DNA from: an uncultured Planctomycetota bacterium
GTDB lineage: Bacteria; Planctomycetota; Planctomycetia; Gemmatales; Gemmataceae
DNA: 64,000 nt
Assembly: GCA_963849325.1 (NCBI GenBank)
Contig: CAWKHF010000005.1
Location: forward strand, 736,001 to 800,000
Direction of reading: 5' to 3'
Shown here piece after piece: positions 44,342 through 56,772 of this stretch. Made by a program: the position numbers and the translations under genes. The stretch's first letter is position 1; every line of letters starts with the position of its first letter. Under the pieces are notes generated by a model, which searched no databases, had not been told where the DNA came from, and saw nothing but the letters and a program-made list of their open reading frames with translations.

Positions 44342-45781
44342 ATGAAGCCGTTTACCTCGCCGGATCACTGGCCGATCGCCACCTCACGGCGCGACTTCCT
44401 GGTGCGCGCCGGCGGCGGCTGCGGCGCCCTGGCGCTGTCGTGGCTGCTGGCGCACGACGGCCAGGCATCTGCTCCGCACGTCAATCCGCTGGCCGCACGG
44501 CAACCGCACCACCCGGCCAAGGCGAAGTCGGTCATCTTCCTGTTCATGGTCGGCGGTCCCAGTGCCATCGATCTGTTCGATCCCAAGCCGGCGCTGACGA
44601 AGCACCACGGCAAACCGTTGCCGCCCAGCTTCGGCATGCCCGTCAGCCAGTTCACCAAGGGCGATACGCCGCTCCTGGCCAGCACGCGCACCTTCCGCAA
44701 GCACGGCCAGTCCGGCCTGGACGTGTCCGACCTGATGCCGCATTTGGCAACGTGCGTCGATGACATCGCCTTTCTGCGTTCGTGCTGGTGTACCAGCACC
44801 ATCCACGCGCCGGCGATGTACGAACTGCACAGCGGCCGCACGCAGATGGGCTATCCCAGTCTCGGCTCGTGGGTGACGTATGGCCTGGGCAGCGTCAGCG
44901 ACAGTCTGCCGGCCTATTGCGTCCTGCTGCAACCGGAGGGCACGCCGGAGGGCGGCGCGCCGTGCTGGAGTGCCGGCTTTCTGCCGGCCGTCTACCAGGG
45001 CACGCTCCTGCGTCGCGGACCCAACCCCATCCTCCACCTCAAGCCGCCGCCCGGCGTCGGCGCCGAGCAGCAGCGCCGCACCCTCGACCTGGTGCAGCGC
45101 ATGAACGACGTCGGCCGCGATCCCGACGACACCGAGTTGAACGCGCGCATCGCCAGTTACGAGCTGGCCTTCCGCATGCAGCAGTACGCCCCGGAGGCGG
45201 TGGACCTGTCGCGCGAATCGGCGGCGACGAAGACGATGTACGGCCTGGACGACAAGCGCACCGCCGACTTCGGCACGCGCTGTCTGCTGGCGCGACGGCT
45301 GGTCGAGCGCGGCGTGCGTTTCGTGCAGTTGTATTCCGGCGGCGGCCCGCTCATCACCCAATGGGACGCCCACGACGACATCAACGCCAACCACGAAAAG
45401 ATGTGCGGCCACGTCGATCGGCCGATCGCGGCGCTGCTGAAAGACCTGAAACAGCGCGGCCTGCTCGATACGACGCTGGTGGTCTGGGCCGGCGAGTTCG
45501 GCCGGACGCCCATGTCGCAGGGCGGCAAGGGGCGCGATCACAACCCCTACGGCTTCACGACGTGGCTGGCCGGCGGCGGCGTCAAGGGCGGACAGGCCAT
45601 CGGCGCCACCGACGAATTCGGCCTCCGCGCCGTCGAGGATCGCATCAGCGTCCACGACTTCCACGCCACCATTCTGCACCTGCTCGGACTCGATCACGAA
45701 CAGCTGACCTTCCTGCATAGCGGCCGCGATGAGCGCCTGACCGACGTGGCCGGTCAGGTGGTCGAGTCCGTCTACGAGTAA
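44342..45781 (+). CDS. DUF1501 protein (Tat-exported)
   Basis: [52 protein letters not shown]. Confidence 0.95.
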   Translation: MKPFTSPDHWPIATSRRDFLVRAGGGCGALALSWLLAHDGQASAPHVNPLAARQPHHPAKAKSVIFLFMVGGPSAIDLFDPKPALTKHHGKPLPPSFGMPVSQFTKGDTPLLASTRTFRKHGQSGLDVSDLMPHLATCVDDIAFLRSCWCTSTIHAPAMYELHSGRTQMGYPSLGSWVTYGLGSVSDSLPAYCVLLQPEGTPEGGAPCWSAGFLPAVYQGTLLRRGPNPILHLKPPPGVGAEQQRRTLDLVQRMNDVGRDPDDTELNARIASYELAFRMQQYAPEAVDLSRESAATKTMYGLDDKRTADFGTRCLLARRLVERGVRFVQLYSGGGPLITQWDAHDDINANHEKMCGHVDRPIAALLKDLKQRGLLDTTLVVWAGEFGRTPMSQGGKGRDHNPYGFTTWLAGGGVKGGQAIGATDEFGLRAVEDRISVHDFHATILHLLGLDHEQLTFLHSGRDERLTDVAGQVVESVYE

Positions 45782-45847
45782 TCGGCTGAAACCCGTTTCT
45801 CTCCCTCGGGGTATGTTCTCTCAAGCCGCCGGCCGCGAGCAGCCACC

Positions 45848-46438
45848 GTGACCACCGACGATGACGCCACCCTGGTTCGACGCTGCCTGCGCGGAGAGGA
45901 CGAGGCCATCCGTGTGCTGGTCGGCCGCTTCCAGGCCGAGGTATTCGGCCTGTGCGTGCGCCTGCTCAACCATCGCCAGGACGCCGAGGACGTGACGCAG
46001 GAGGTGTTCCTGCGCATCTTCCGCAGCCTGCGCCGATGGGACTCGCGGCGTCCGCTGCGGCCGTGGATCATGAGAACTGCCGTCAATCGCTGCCGGACCT
46101 GGTTGGCCCAGCGCGCGCGGCGGCCGGAGCTGGTCGATTACTTGCAAGACACCCTGGCCAGCCCGCCGCCGGACGATTCCGGGGAGCTGCTCCACGAGAT
46201 CCAGGCCGCCGTCGGCGAGCTGCGCCTGGAGTATCGCACTGTCTTCGTGCTCTTTCACGAGCAGGGACAGCCTTACGAGGACATCGCCGAGGTGATGGAC
46301 CGGCCGGTCGGCACCATCAAGACCTGGCTGCACCGCGCCCGTCTGGAAGTCCTTCAGCGCCTGCGCCGCCGGGGCATGGTTCCCGGCGAAGAACACCCGG
46401 CCACCCCCCTGCCGGAAAGCGGAAGGGAGCAACCATGA
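45848..46438 (+). CDS. ECF sigma factor
   Basis: DAED..QEVF, W......N.CR, EIA..M..PVGTIK.WLHRAR. Confidence 0.9.
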   Translation: MTTDDDATLVRRCLRGEDEAIRVLVGRFQAEVFGLCVRLLNHRQDAEDVTQEVFLRIFRSLRRWDSRRPLRPWIMRTAVNRCRTWLAQRARRPELVDYLQDTLASPPPDDSGELLHEIQAAVGELRLEYRTVFVLFHEQGQPYEDIAEVMDRPVGTIKTWLHRARLEVLQRLRRRGMVPGEEHPATPLPESGREQP

Positions 46439-47223
46439 AATGTAACGCCGCGCACGAATTGTTGCAGCAGCACCTCGACGGCGCGCCGATCGAGTCGCCG
46501 GAATTGCTGGAGCACCTGCGCCAGTGCCCCGACTGCCAATCCCTGGCGACGGCGACGCGGCGCTTGCAAGAGGGTCTGCGTTTGCTGATGCTGCCGCCTC
46601 CGCCGCCGGACCTGGCCGAGCGCATCGCCGACCGCGTTGGACTCGACCGCCGGCGGGTCCGCCGACGGTCCCGCCGGCGCTGGGCCGTCAGCCTCGCCCT
46701 CGCCGCCGGCCTGTTCGTCGCCCTGACCCTGCGCCTCGACTGGCGCGGGCGACGCGATGACGCCGAGACGGACAAACAGGGGCCGGTCGCCGCGCAGGAG
46801 ACGCCCGAAGCGACGCCGACGTTGCGCGAGTCGGTGGCGGAGGCGGGAGAGGCCGTCGCCGCCCTGACCAGTCAGACCGCCGACGAGACGGTGGGACAGA
46901 CGCGCTGGCTGGTGCCGAAAGTGACCGGGCCTTCCTTGCCGCAAGTGGACCTGGAGTCGATGGAGCCGCCGACTCGTCCGCTGCGCGAGGCCGGCGAGGG
47001 CGTCTCCCGTGGACTCGAACCCGTGACGACCTCGGCCCGGCGCGCGGTTGGCCTGTTCCTGCGCGAGCTGCCGCCGATGGACGTGGGACAGAAAGGGGTT
47101 GTAAGAGGATCTAATAAGAAGAGCCTCACGCAAAGGCGCAAAGAACGCAAAGGAAAAAAGAAGAAACAATCCGGCCTTTTTCCTTTTTTTGTCTTTCTTT
47201 GCGCCCTTTGCGCCTTTGCGTGA
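46435..47223 (+). CDS. Zinc-finger (zf-HC2) anti-sigma factor
   Basis: ATGA overlap with the sigma gene, HL..C..C, TM helix; C-terminus reads through a repeat. Confidence 0.75.
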   Translation: MKCNAAHELLQQHLDGAPIESPELLEHLRQCPDCQSLATATRRLQEGLRLLMLPPPPPDLAERIADRVGLDRRRVRRRSRRRWAVSLALAAGLFVALTLRLDWRGRRDDAETDKQGPVAAQETPEATPTLRESVAEAGEAVAALTSQTADETVGQTRWLVPKVTGPSLPQVDLESMEPPTRPLREAGEGVSRGLEPVTTSARRAVGLFLRELPPMDVGQKGVVRGSNKKSLTQRRKERKGKKKKQSGLFPFFVFLCALCAFA

Positions 47224-47233
47224 GGCTCTTCTT
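47116..47233. repeat. Inverted 9-mer repeat element, family G variant (CGCAAAG x3)
   Basis: AAGAAGAGCCTCACGCAAAGGCGCAAAG ... CTTTGCGCCTTTGCGTGAGGCTCTTCTT. Confidence 0.85.
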
Positions 47234-47258
47234 TTCACCCAGCGAAGGGTATTCCATT

Positions 47259-49025
47259 ATGCAGGCGTTGTCTTGGGACCGTTCGCGGCGGACGTCGCTG
47301 TGGCTGGCGCTGGGCCTCCTCGCGTTGGCCGCGCCGCTGCGCGCGGCCGCGCCGCGCGATGAATTGCTCCGCCTCGTGCCCGACTCGATCGGCTTTTGTC
47401 TCGTCGTACACGACCTGCGTACGCACGCCGCCGCCTGGCGGTCCTCGCCGCTCGTCGAGCAGCTGCGGCAGTCGCCACTGGCCGGCAAGGTCCGCAACAG
47501 CGCGGAGATGAAGAAACTCGGCCGACTGGAAGCCCATTTGAAAGATAAACTCGGTCTCGATTGGGCGCAGCTGCGCGACGACATCCTGGGCGACGCCCTC
47601 GTGTTCGTGTACCGGCCGGGACCGCCCGGTAAACCGGAGCGGGAAGAAGGTCTCATCCTCGTCCGCGCCCGCAATGCCAAGATCCTGGCCGAATTGATCG
47701 AACGGCTCAACCAGGTGCAGAAGGAAGAAGGCTCGCTCAAGGAGTTGGAAGAACGCCGGCACAACGGCGCCGTCTACCATCGTCGCCTGGAACGCAACAA
47801 GCCGGCGACCTTCTATTACGTCAACGGTCCCGTGGTGGCGCTGTCCGAGCAGGAAGACATGCTGCGGCAGGCGATCGACTGCGACCGTCTCCGCTCCGCC
47901 GAGGTCGTGCCGGACGTGACGCGCCGCCTGCGCGAACTGGAGGCCGACCGTGCTCTGCTCGCCGTGTGGATCAACCCGCGTGCCTTCGACGCCGAGGTCG
48001 AGTCGAAGGCCGCCGGCGTCCCGGCCGAGCGTGCCGCGACCGTGCGGCACTTCGCCGGTACTGGAAGGCGCTGGACAGTGTCGTCCTGTCGCTGTCGCCA
48101 ACGGAGCGCGACATCGACCTGTCCCTGGGCGTCCGCGCTCGGGTCGAGGAGTTGCCGCCGGCGGCGCAGCGATTGTTCCGCGAAGCATCGGCGCCGAGCG
48201 AGCTGTGGCGGCGCTTCCCCGAGACGGCCCTGCTCGCCGCCGGCGGCCGGCTCGACGGCGCCGCCCTGTTCGACGTGCTGAACGGCTTTCTCAGGCCCGA
48301 TGGTCGGCAAGCGCTCGACACCGATCTGAACCGCCAGTTCGGCGCCTTCCTGGGCGGCGATCTCCGCAAGGAAGTGCTGCCCGCCCTCGGCCCGGACTGG
48401 GGCCTGTGCGTGACGGCGCCGGCGGCGGAGGCGAAGGGCTGGATGCCGCAAACGCTGTTCGCTCTGCGCGTGGCCCCGACCAAGGACACGGCGCCGCTGG
48501 ATCGCACGCTGCCCTCGGCCCTCGATTTCGCGGCCCGGCTGGTCCTCCTCGGCCATAACCGTCAACACCCCGATCAGCCGATGACCCTCAAGACGACCGA
48601 CGCGGACAAGCACGAAGTCCGCTACCTGTCCAGCGAGCGCGGCCTGCCTCGCGGTGTGCAGCCGGCCTTCGCCCTGCTCGACGGCTATCTCGTGTTGTCC
48701 AGCTCGCTCGACAACCTGGTCCGACTTCGCCCGGACGACGCCGGCTCCGGCTCCCTCCGCCGATGCTCCCACGCCCCTGCTGCGCCTCTCGATCAAGGAC
48801 GGACGCGCCTACCTCCGCGAACGCCGCGAGCCGATCGTGCACTTCCTCGCCGACAAGAACAAGCTGGACCCCGACGCGGCCGGCCGACAGTTCGACAACC
48901 TCCTCGCCGGCCTGCAATTCGTCGATCGCATCGAGTTGCGTCAGCGCTCCGCCCCCGGCCAGGTCATCTTCACTCTGGCGGCGCAGATGGCGCAGCCGCT
49001 CAAGATACCGAGCCGCGACCGTTAG
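47259..49025 (+). CDS. Secreted hypothetical protein (DUF3352-like; frameshifts near 48055 and 48725)
   Basis: Signal peptide, LL.LVP.D start; ORFs 47199, 47966 and 48654 join. Confidence 0.55.
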
Positions 49026-49062
49026 GGAGCGGTTACTTCCCGCTCCCTAACGGTCGCGGCTC
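49010..49062. repeat. REP-like palindrome, family D (GAGCCGCGACCGTTAGGGAGCGG)
   Basis: Inverted arms; contains the TAG stop of the upstream gene. Confidence 0.85.
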
Positions 49063-49148
49063 CGATGGGGTCAGCCTCTTGCTCCGCGAGCGCGGGCACA
49101 GTATCGTCAAGGTCACGTCATTGAGGTTCGCTTCCTCGGCCAAGGACC

Positions 49149-51215
49149 GTGACCATGAACGTATCGAGACGCTTCGCAGCCGTGGTGTTGTTGCCGGCGC
49201 TGCTCTCTCTCTTCACCATCGTTTTGACCGCCGCTCCGGCCCCGCCGAGCAAGTACGCTCCGCCGCCGGCCGTCAAGCCGAGCGCGGAAGTCCTCAAAAA
49301 GATCGAGGAACGCAAGGACAAGCTCGGCCGCATGATCCGCCAGTTTCGCCAGCTGGGAGTGACGGATCCCTTCCTGGCCGACATCGAGGTTTATTACAAG
49401 GCGGCCTCGTGGATCACGCGCCACAATGAGTTTTACCAGAAGGACGCCGGCGACTGGACGGTCGAGGCGTTGGAGCGCGGCCTGCTCCGCGCCAGCCAGC
49501 AGGCCCAGGGCGAGACGCCGTGGTATCAGATCGTCGGCCGCACCGTCGTTCGCGGCTATCGTTCGCAGGTCGACGGCTCCGTGCAGCCCTACGCCGTCAC
49601 CTTCCCGGCCGACTACGGCAAGGAACGCAAGAAGTGGCGCATCGAGGTCGTGCTGCACGGCCGCGACAACGGCCTGACCGAAGTGAGCTTCCTGCATCGG
49701 CACAACGGCGACAAGCCGGCGCCGCCGAACCAGGATTACGTCCGCCTCGACATCTACGGCCGCGGCAACAACGCCTACCGCTGGGCCGGCGAGACCGACG
49801 TCAGCGAGGCGGTCGAGCACTTCCTGCTCGTCGAGCAGAAGCTGACGCGAGCGCAGCAGTTCCTGGACGTCGAATCGCAGCGTGCTGCGCGGCTTCTCGA
49901 TGGGCGGGGCCGGCACCTGGCACCTCGGCCTGCACGGCCCGGACACTGGTGCGTCATCAGCCCCGGCGCCGGCTTCACCACCACGCACGGCTACATCCAC
50001 GAACCTGCCGGACAAGCTGCCGCCGTAGCAGGAGGCGTGCCTGCACATCTACGACGCCGTCGATTACGCCGAGAACGCCTTCGACGTGCCGGTCGTCGCC
50101 TACGCCGGCGCCGAGGATCCGCAATTGCAGGCCGCGCGCAACATCGAGGCCCGCCTCAAGGAGCGGAACATCCCCATGAAACTGCTGGTCGCGCCGGAGC
50201 TCGGCCATCAGTTCCCGCCCGAGTGGCAGAAGAAGGTCGCCGAAGCGCTCGGCGAAGTACGCGGCCAAGGGCCGGCCGGAGTATCCGCCGCGCGTCCATT
50301 TCGTGACCTACACGCTGAAGTATCCCAGCTGCGATTGGGTCGGCATTCACGGTCTCGAGCGCCACTACGAGCGCGCCTCGGTCGATGCCGAACGCACCGA
50401 GGACGGCTTCAAGGTCCAGACGAGCAACGTGCGCACGCTCCGCCTGCGCCTGTGGCCCGGCGCCTCGCGGCAAGCAGTCGCCGTGCAGATCGACGGCCAG
50501 CGCCTCGAGGCCCAGCCGTATCTGCACGTCCGCGCACTCGCCGTACCTGTTTGTGGACCTCGAACGTCGCGGCGGCCGCTGGCATTCGGTGCTGCCGGAG
50601 AGGATCGTCACCGACCGTCTGCGCCGCCCGCAGAAGGCGCCGGGACTGCAAGGGCCGATCGACGACGCCTTCATGGAGCCGTTCTTGTGCGTGCGCGGTA
50701 CGGGCGCCGCCTGGCACGAAGCCACCGACAATTATGCCCGCGCCAATCTCGAACGCTTCCGCGACGAGTGGTCGAAGTACTTGCGCGGCGACCTGCCGAT
50801 CAAGGACGACGTGGAAGTGACGCCGGAAGACATCGCCAGCCGCCACCTGATTCTGTTCGGCGATCCGTCGTCCAACAGCCTGATCGCGCAGGCTCTGCCA
50901 GGCTTGCCGTTGACGTGGACGAAGGACAAGATCGCCTGGGAGGGCAAGGCCTACGCCGCCGGCGAACACGTGCCGGTGCTGATTTACCCCAGTCCGCTGT
51001 CGTCGGAGCATTACGTCGTGCTGAACTCCGGCCACACCTTCCACGCCGCGGACTTCCAGGGCACCAACGCCCTGCTCTACCCGCGCCTGGGCGATTACGC
51101 CATCCTGAAATTGGCCTCCGACCAAAAGTCCGACAAGAAAGACCCCCTGGCCGTCGAAGTACAGAGGGCGGGTTTGTTCGACGACTTCTGGAAGGCGGCG
51201 CCATCGGAGAAATGA
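49149..51215 (+). CDS. Secreted alpha/beta hydrolase (prolyl oligopeptidase/esterase-like); several frameshifts and an in-frame TAG at 50026
   Basis: DGSVQPY, LHGR, GFSMGG nucleophile (shifted frame), Y.G..D, GH; GPIDDAF..PFL C-terminal module. Confidence 0.7.
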
Positions 51216-51222
51216 CGTTCTG

Positions 51223-51285
51223 GTTTCGCCGCGACGCGCAGCGGAGCGCGCCAAGCCCGCGCTCCGCTGCGCGTCGCGGCGAAAC
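51223..51285. repeat. REP-like palindrome, family A
   Basis: Inverted arms. Confidence 0.9.
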
Positions 51286-51305
51286 GCAGGGATATTGAGG
51301 ACATC

Positions 51306-52957
51306 ATGACGCAGTGTCCGACGTGTAAACAGGAGTTGGAAGCGGGCATCCGTTTCTGCCCCCACGACGGCACGCCGTTGACGGACACGTCCGCCGCCCA
51401 GCCGACGCGCACGCCGGCCGAGGGGACCGCGACGGGCCGTCCGCCGGCGGCGAAGGAGATCGAGTTGCCCATCGTGGTTGGCGGCCGCTATCGGCTGACC
51501 GAGCTGCGCGGCGGCGGCGGCATGGCGAGGGTCTATCGCGCCGTGGACGACACGCTCGAACGCGAGGTCGCCGTCAAGCTCATCAACGCCGAGCTGCGCA
51601 ACGAAAGCGAGTTCGATGCGCGTTTCCAGCGCGAGGCGCGCATCGCCAGCCAGCTGTCCGATCCGCACATCGTCGTCGTCCACGACTTCGGCATCGATCC
51701 GACGCACGGGCCGTTTTTGGTCATGGAGTATCTGCAAGGCCAATCGCTGCGCGAGCGGCTGCAAAGCGAGGGACCGCTGCCGTTCAAGGCCGGCTTGCAG
51801 CTGGCCGCTCAGCTCTTGCTGGCGCTGATCCACGCCCACGGCAAGAACATCGTCCACCGCGACATCAAGCCGGACAACATCTTTCTTCTGAATCAGAGCG
51901 GCGTGCGGCTGCACGTGCGCGTCCTCGACTTCGGTATCGCTCGCATCTTCCGCCGCGGCGAGCCGGGCCAGGCCGAGACGCTGACCAACCCCGGCGCCGT
52001 GCTCGGCACGCCGCGTTACATGTCGCCCGAACAGCTCGCCGGCCAGACCGTTGACGCCCTCTCCGATCTGTACAGTGCCGCCCTGGTGATTCACGAGGCG
52101 ATGACCGGCCAGCTGCCCTACGTCAGCGGCAAGAAGCTGTGCGAGATGTGCCCCGAGGCGTCGCCGGCCTTGCAGGATCTTCTCGACCAATGCCTCAAGC
52201 CCAATCCCGCGGAGCGCCCGCCTGGGGCCGTCGAGGTGTACCTGCGCTTGCAGGAACTGGGCAAGGCCAGCGGCATCTTGCTGCTGCCGCCCGGCGACCT
52301 GGACAAGCTGGTCGATTCGCGCAAGTCCTCCGAGCCGACTATCGCCTACGTGCCGCCGCTTGTGCCGCGGGCGCGGATGCGGCGGCGGTTGTTTCTCGGC
52401 CTGGCTCTGCTGCTCGTCTTGCTGGGACTGGTGGCGCTGCTCAAGCCGCTCTTCTTCGCCCGGCTGGGGGATGGGCGTCACGAATCGGTGCTGGGCGTCC
52501 GCATCGACGATCCGCAGCAGGAGGTGGTGGAGAGGCTGAAGCTGGTGAAGGGTGGACCGATGAACCCCTGGGAGACGGATCGGACGCCCGGCTACCTCGG
52601 TCACGTGCTCTGCGCCGACGACCTCGCCCTGCCGGCCGAAGCCCTGTTTCGGCTGGACGTGCAGCGCAGCGCCAACGACAACGTCTGCGTCGTCTTCCAC
52701 GAGGACCGGGTGAGGGCCATCGTCGTGCGCGGGCGCACGCCGGGACCGGACGCGGTCTGCGCGTCCTCGACCGCAAGGGTCGCGTCCTCGACGTCTATCC
52801 CGAGGACGTCAGTCAGGACTTCTCGATGGACGTGGCCAACTCCGCGCGCGTCCGGCGCAAGATCGAAGTCCGCCGTTACGATGCGTTGGGCATCGGTTTC
52901 GAGATGCACGAGGACAAGGTGACGGCCATCACGCTTTATCCACCTGTCAGCAAGTAG
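51306..52957 (+). CDS. Hanks-type Ser/Thr protein kinase with N-terminal zinc ribbon and TM (frameshift near 52745)
   Basis: CPTC...CP.DG, GGGGMA.VY, VAVK, HRDIKPDN, DFG, GTP.YMSPEQ. Confidence 0.92.
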
Positions 52958-52960
52958 AAG

Positions 52961-53035
52961 GGCGAACGGCCGGCGTCAGCCGGCTGGTACTGGTCCCGCC
53001 CATCCGTACCAGCCGGCTGACGCCGGCCGTTCGCC
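52961..53035. repeat. REP-like palindrome, family E
   Basis: Inverted arms directly after the kinase stop. Confidence 0.9.
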
Positions 53036-53138
53036 GGGTGCCGACACGCTCCATCTTGACGTCGTCGGCGCGACGGGCTACCTTGCGATGTTAGTGCGGA
53101 CTAGCGTTTCCGCGAGGCTATCGTCGGAGAGTCAAGTC

Positions 53139-55421
53139 GTGGCAGAAGCGGCGGGCGTTGTTGGCGTAGCGCTGGTCGTCTTCCTGGCCGTCTGCTGGTT
53201 GTGGCCGTACCGCGCCCTGCGCCTGGCGCTGGGACTGGCGACCCATTCGATCTACTGGCTGCGGGTGAACGGCCGGGAGAACGTGCCGGCGCGGCGGCGC
53301 GCTGCTGGTGTGCAACCACGTCAGTTATCTCGACTGGCTGCTGCTCCTGGCGGCGCAGCGGCGTTTCCTTCGTCTGGTGGTCTTCGCCGGCTGGACGAAA
53401 CAGTGGGGCGTGCGTCATTTGCTCCGCTGGGCCGGGGTCCTCGCCATCGACGACTCGGCGGGGACGCGCGGCCTGGTCCGCGCTCTGCGGCAGGCCCGCG
53501 AGTGCCTGGCACGCGGCGAACTAGTATGTCTCTTCGTCGAGGGCCGGGTGCTGCCGGGCGGCCTGTCGCTGCCATTCCACCGTCAGTTCGAGCGCGTCGC
53601 TCGCAAGAGCGGAGCGCCGATCGTGCCGGTCTGTCTCGATCAAACGCTGGGCAGTCTTTTCGTGGTGCGTCAGGGACGTCTCGAGTTGGCGCTGGCCGTT
53701 GACGCTGCCGTTCCCAGCCTACGCGACCTTCGGTTCGCCGCTGCCGGCCGGCACGCCGGCCGGCGACGTGCGGCAGGCGCTGCAACTCTTGTCGGCCCGC
53801 GCCGCCATCGAGCGCGCCGACCGACGCCGGCCGGCGCACCGGCGCTTTGTGCGCGTGGCCGCCCGCCGCCCGTTCCGTTCCTGCTTCCTCGACAGCACCC
53901 GGCCGGATCGGCTTAACTACGCTCGCGCCCTGGCCGGCGTGATGTGTGCGGTCAAGTTCTTTCGGCCGCTGCTGGGCGATGCCCCGATGGTCGGCATTTG
54001 GTTGCCCTCCAGCATGGGCGGCGCCTTCGCCAACATCACCCTGGCCATGCTCGGCAAGACGGCCATCAACCTCAATTACACCTCTTCGCCCGAGGCCATT
54101 CGCTCCGCCCTGCGCCAGTGCGGCGCGCGCCACGTCATCACCTCGCGGCGCTTCACCGCCCGCATGCAACTCGATCCGGGGCCGGGCGTCGAGGTGATTT
54201 ACTTTGAGGACATCGCTCCGCGCTTCACCGCCTGGATGCGCCTGAGCCGCTGGCTGGCCGTGGTCCTGCTGCCGGGCTGGTTCCTGGAATACGTCGTGCT
54301 CCGCCTGGGCCGGCACAGCCTCGACGACCTGGCCACCGTCATCTTCTCCAGCGGCAGCACTGGCGAGCCCAAGGGCATCATGCTCAGTCACGGCAACATC
54401 GCGGCCAACATCGAGTCGATGATTCAGGCCGTCGCGCTGCGGCCGGACGATCGCGCTCTGGGCGTGCTGCCTTTCTTCCACAGCTTCGGCTACACCGTGA
54501 CGCTGTGGGCGCCGTTGCAGGTCGGCGCCTCGGTGCTGTACCACCCCGATCCGCGCCAGGCCAAGGAGATCGGCGAACTGTGCCGCACGCACCAGTGCAC
54601 CATCTACATTTCGACCGCGACGTTTCTGCGCTTCTGTCTGCGCAAGTGTACGCCGGACGATTTCCACAGTCTGCGCATCCTCATCTGCGGCGCCGAGAAG
54701 CTGCCGGTGTCGCTGGCCGAGGAGTTCCGCGCAAGTTCGGCATCCTGCCGCTGGAGGGCTACGGCTGCACGGAGCTGTCGCCCGTCGCCAGCACCAACCT
54801 GCCGGACCTGGAGGTTGAGGGCGTCCGTCAGGTTGCCAACAAGCCGGGCACGGTCGGTCAGCCGATCCCCGGTGTGGCCGGCCGTGTCGTCCACCCTGAG
54901 ACGCGCGCGTCGCTGCCGGTCGGCGCGGAGGGCTTGTTGCTGATCCACGGCGGCAACGTCATGCGCGGCTACCTCGGCCGGCCCGAGCTGACCCGCAACG
55001 CCGTCCACGACGGCTGGTACGTCACCGGCGACATGGGCCGACTGGACGCGGACGGCTTCATTACCCTGACCGGCCGGCTGTCGCGCTTCGCCAAGTGTGG
55101 CGGCGAGATGGTGCCGTTGGAGAAGATCGAAGAAGTCTTGCACGACATCCTCGGCACCAGCGAGCGCGTCTGCGCCGTCACCTGCGTGCCCGACGAGGCG
55201 CGCGGCGAGCGGTTGGTCGTCCTCTATCTGCGCAGGACGGACTGGAAGTGCGTTCGTGGTGTCAGCAGTTGAGCGCGCACGGCCTGCCGAACCTGTGGCT
55301 GCCGGCGGAGCGCGACTTCCACGCCGTGGCCGAACTGCCGGTGCTCGGCAGCGGCAAGCTCAACTTGCAGGGCGTCAAGGAGATGGCCGTCGCCTTGGCG
55401 GTGCGCCGCGCCTCGGGTTAG
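53139..55421 (+). CDS. aas: Aas-like acyltransferase/acyl-ACP synthetase (about 4 frameshifts)
   Basis: NHVSYLD acyltransferase motif; FSSGSTGEPKG, EGYGCTE, WY.TGD, R.SRFAK.GGEMV, LGSGK. Confidence 0.8.
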
Positions 55422-55440
55422 GATTCATCCAATCCTTCTC

Positions 55441-55505
55441 GTTTAGCCGCGACGCGCAGCGGAGCGCGGGATACGGCCGCGCTCCGCTGCGCGTCGCGGC
55501 TAAAC
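55441..55505. repeat. REP-like palindrome, family A
   Basis: Inverted arms between convergent genes. Confidence 0.9.
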
Positions 55506-55535
55506 GAAGAACTTCGATTCGGCCAACCCTCCCGC

Positions 55536-56579
55536 TCAGGTGCCTTCGACCTCCTTCTGGGTCATGCCGTGCTGAATGCGGTGGTAAGGCCCGTCGAACA
55601 ATTGCGTCGATTTGAAGCGTTCGTGCCGGCCGTCGCCGGCGACCGCCTTGACCTTGTCGCGCAGGCGATTCAGTTCTTCCTCGCTCAGCGGCTTGAAATG
55701 GCGGGCGATGGCCAGGTCCTGCTTGAGCACCTCCATCGAATCGATGCCGCAGACCAGGCTGGCGATGTTCTGACTGAGGGAGTAGGTGCGGGCCTCCTCG
55801 ACGGTGCAGACCTTGGAGACGACGAGACGGCCCTGATGGTCGTGGCCGCCGCCCAGTCCCTTCATGCCGATGACGCCGACGCCGCGTTTGTTCGCCTCCG
55901 GCACGACCTGGCGCTGGAAACTGCGATAGTGGTAGTCGCAGATGTTGATGGGCATCTGCACGGTGTCCCACGCATGGCGCTGGAGCATCTTCAGATGGAT
56001 GCGCGGATCCTTGTGGCCGGTGAAGCCGATGAAGCGAACCTTGCCGTCCTTCTGCGCCTTGAGCACCTCGGCCAGGCAGCCGCGCTCGATGATCCAGTCG
56101 GGATCGTTGTCATAATTGATTTCGTGGAACTGCATGAGGTCGATGTGGTCGGTGCGCAGGCGGCGCAGGCTGTCCTCGATGTGCTGTCGAACCGTCTTGG
56201 CGTCGCGGCCGCAGTTCTTGGTCATGAGGAAGCACTGCTTGCGTTTGCCGTCCATCGACAGCGCCTTGCCCATGATCTCTTCACTGCCGCCGTCGTGGTA
56301 ATCCCAGGCATTGTCGAAGAAGTTCAATCCTTCATCGAGGGCGGTGTGCATGATGCGAATGGCTTCCTTCTCGTCCTTGACGGCGCCGACGTGCCAGCCG
56401 CCCAGGCAGATGATGGAGATGCGGACGCCGGTCTTGCCCAGCGGCCGGGTCGGCAGTCCCTTGGCGGAGGCGTCGTCGGCGGCCTCGGCGCCGGCGGCGA
56501 GGCTCGGCGCCGCGCCGGCGGCGAGCGAGGTTTGCAGGAATTCCCGACGATTGCTGGATGCGTCACTCATGGCATTCAC
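55536..56579 (-). CDS. Aldo/keto reductase (Tat signal)
   Basis: RREFL, R.LGKTG, FFDNAWDY..G.SE, SLRRL.TDHIDL, GKVRFIG.TGH. Confidence 0.92.
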   Translation of the reverse strand: MNAMSDASSNRREFLQTSLAAGAAPSLAAGAEAADDASAKGLPTRPLGKTGVRISIICLGGWHVGAVKDEKEAIRIMHTALDEGLNFFDNAWDYHDGGSEEIMGKALSMDGKRKQCFLMTKNCGRDAKTVRQHIEDSLRRLRTDHIDLMQFHEINYDNDPDWIIERGCLAEVLKAQKDGKVRFIGFTGHKDPRIHLKMLQRHAWDTVQMPINICDYHYRSFQRQVVPEANKRGVGVIGMKGLGGGHDHQGRLVVSKVCTVEEARTYSLSQNIASLVCGIDSMEVLKQDLAIARHFKPLSEEELNRLRDKVKAVAGDGRHERFKSTQLFDGPYHRIQHGMTQKEVEGT

Positions 56580-56582
56580 CTC

Positions 56583-56646
56583 AGTTCTGAGTTCTGAGTT
56601 CTGAGTTCTGAGTTCTGAGTGAAAACCGAACTCGGAACTCAGAACT
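56583..56646. repeat. Inverted tandem heptamer array (GTTCTGA)x5 with short inverted arm
   Basis: Direct reading of the sequence. Confidence 0.85.
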
Positions 56647-56708
56647 TATTGTCTTCCGGCGGCGGGACGATGGCAACTCCTTCGGAGGCGTGCCAGAAGG
56701 ACTTCCCC

Positions 56709-56772
56709 GTTTAGCCGCGACGCGCAGCGGAGCGCGGGACTGCCGCGCTCCGCTGCGCAGTCGCGGCTAAAC
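56709..56772. repeat. REP-like palindrome, family A, followed by a half family-G element (TTCCGTG x3, ~56786-56815)
   Basis: Inverted arms. Confidence 0.9.

Noticed and set aside
37343-50028. Genome-wide TAG reassignment
   Set aside because: TAG is the evident terminator of several genes (GT9, GT4, pstCA, kinase 51306, aas).
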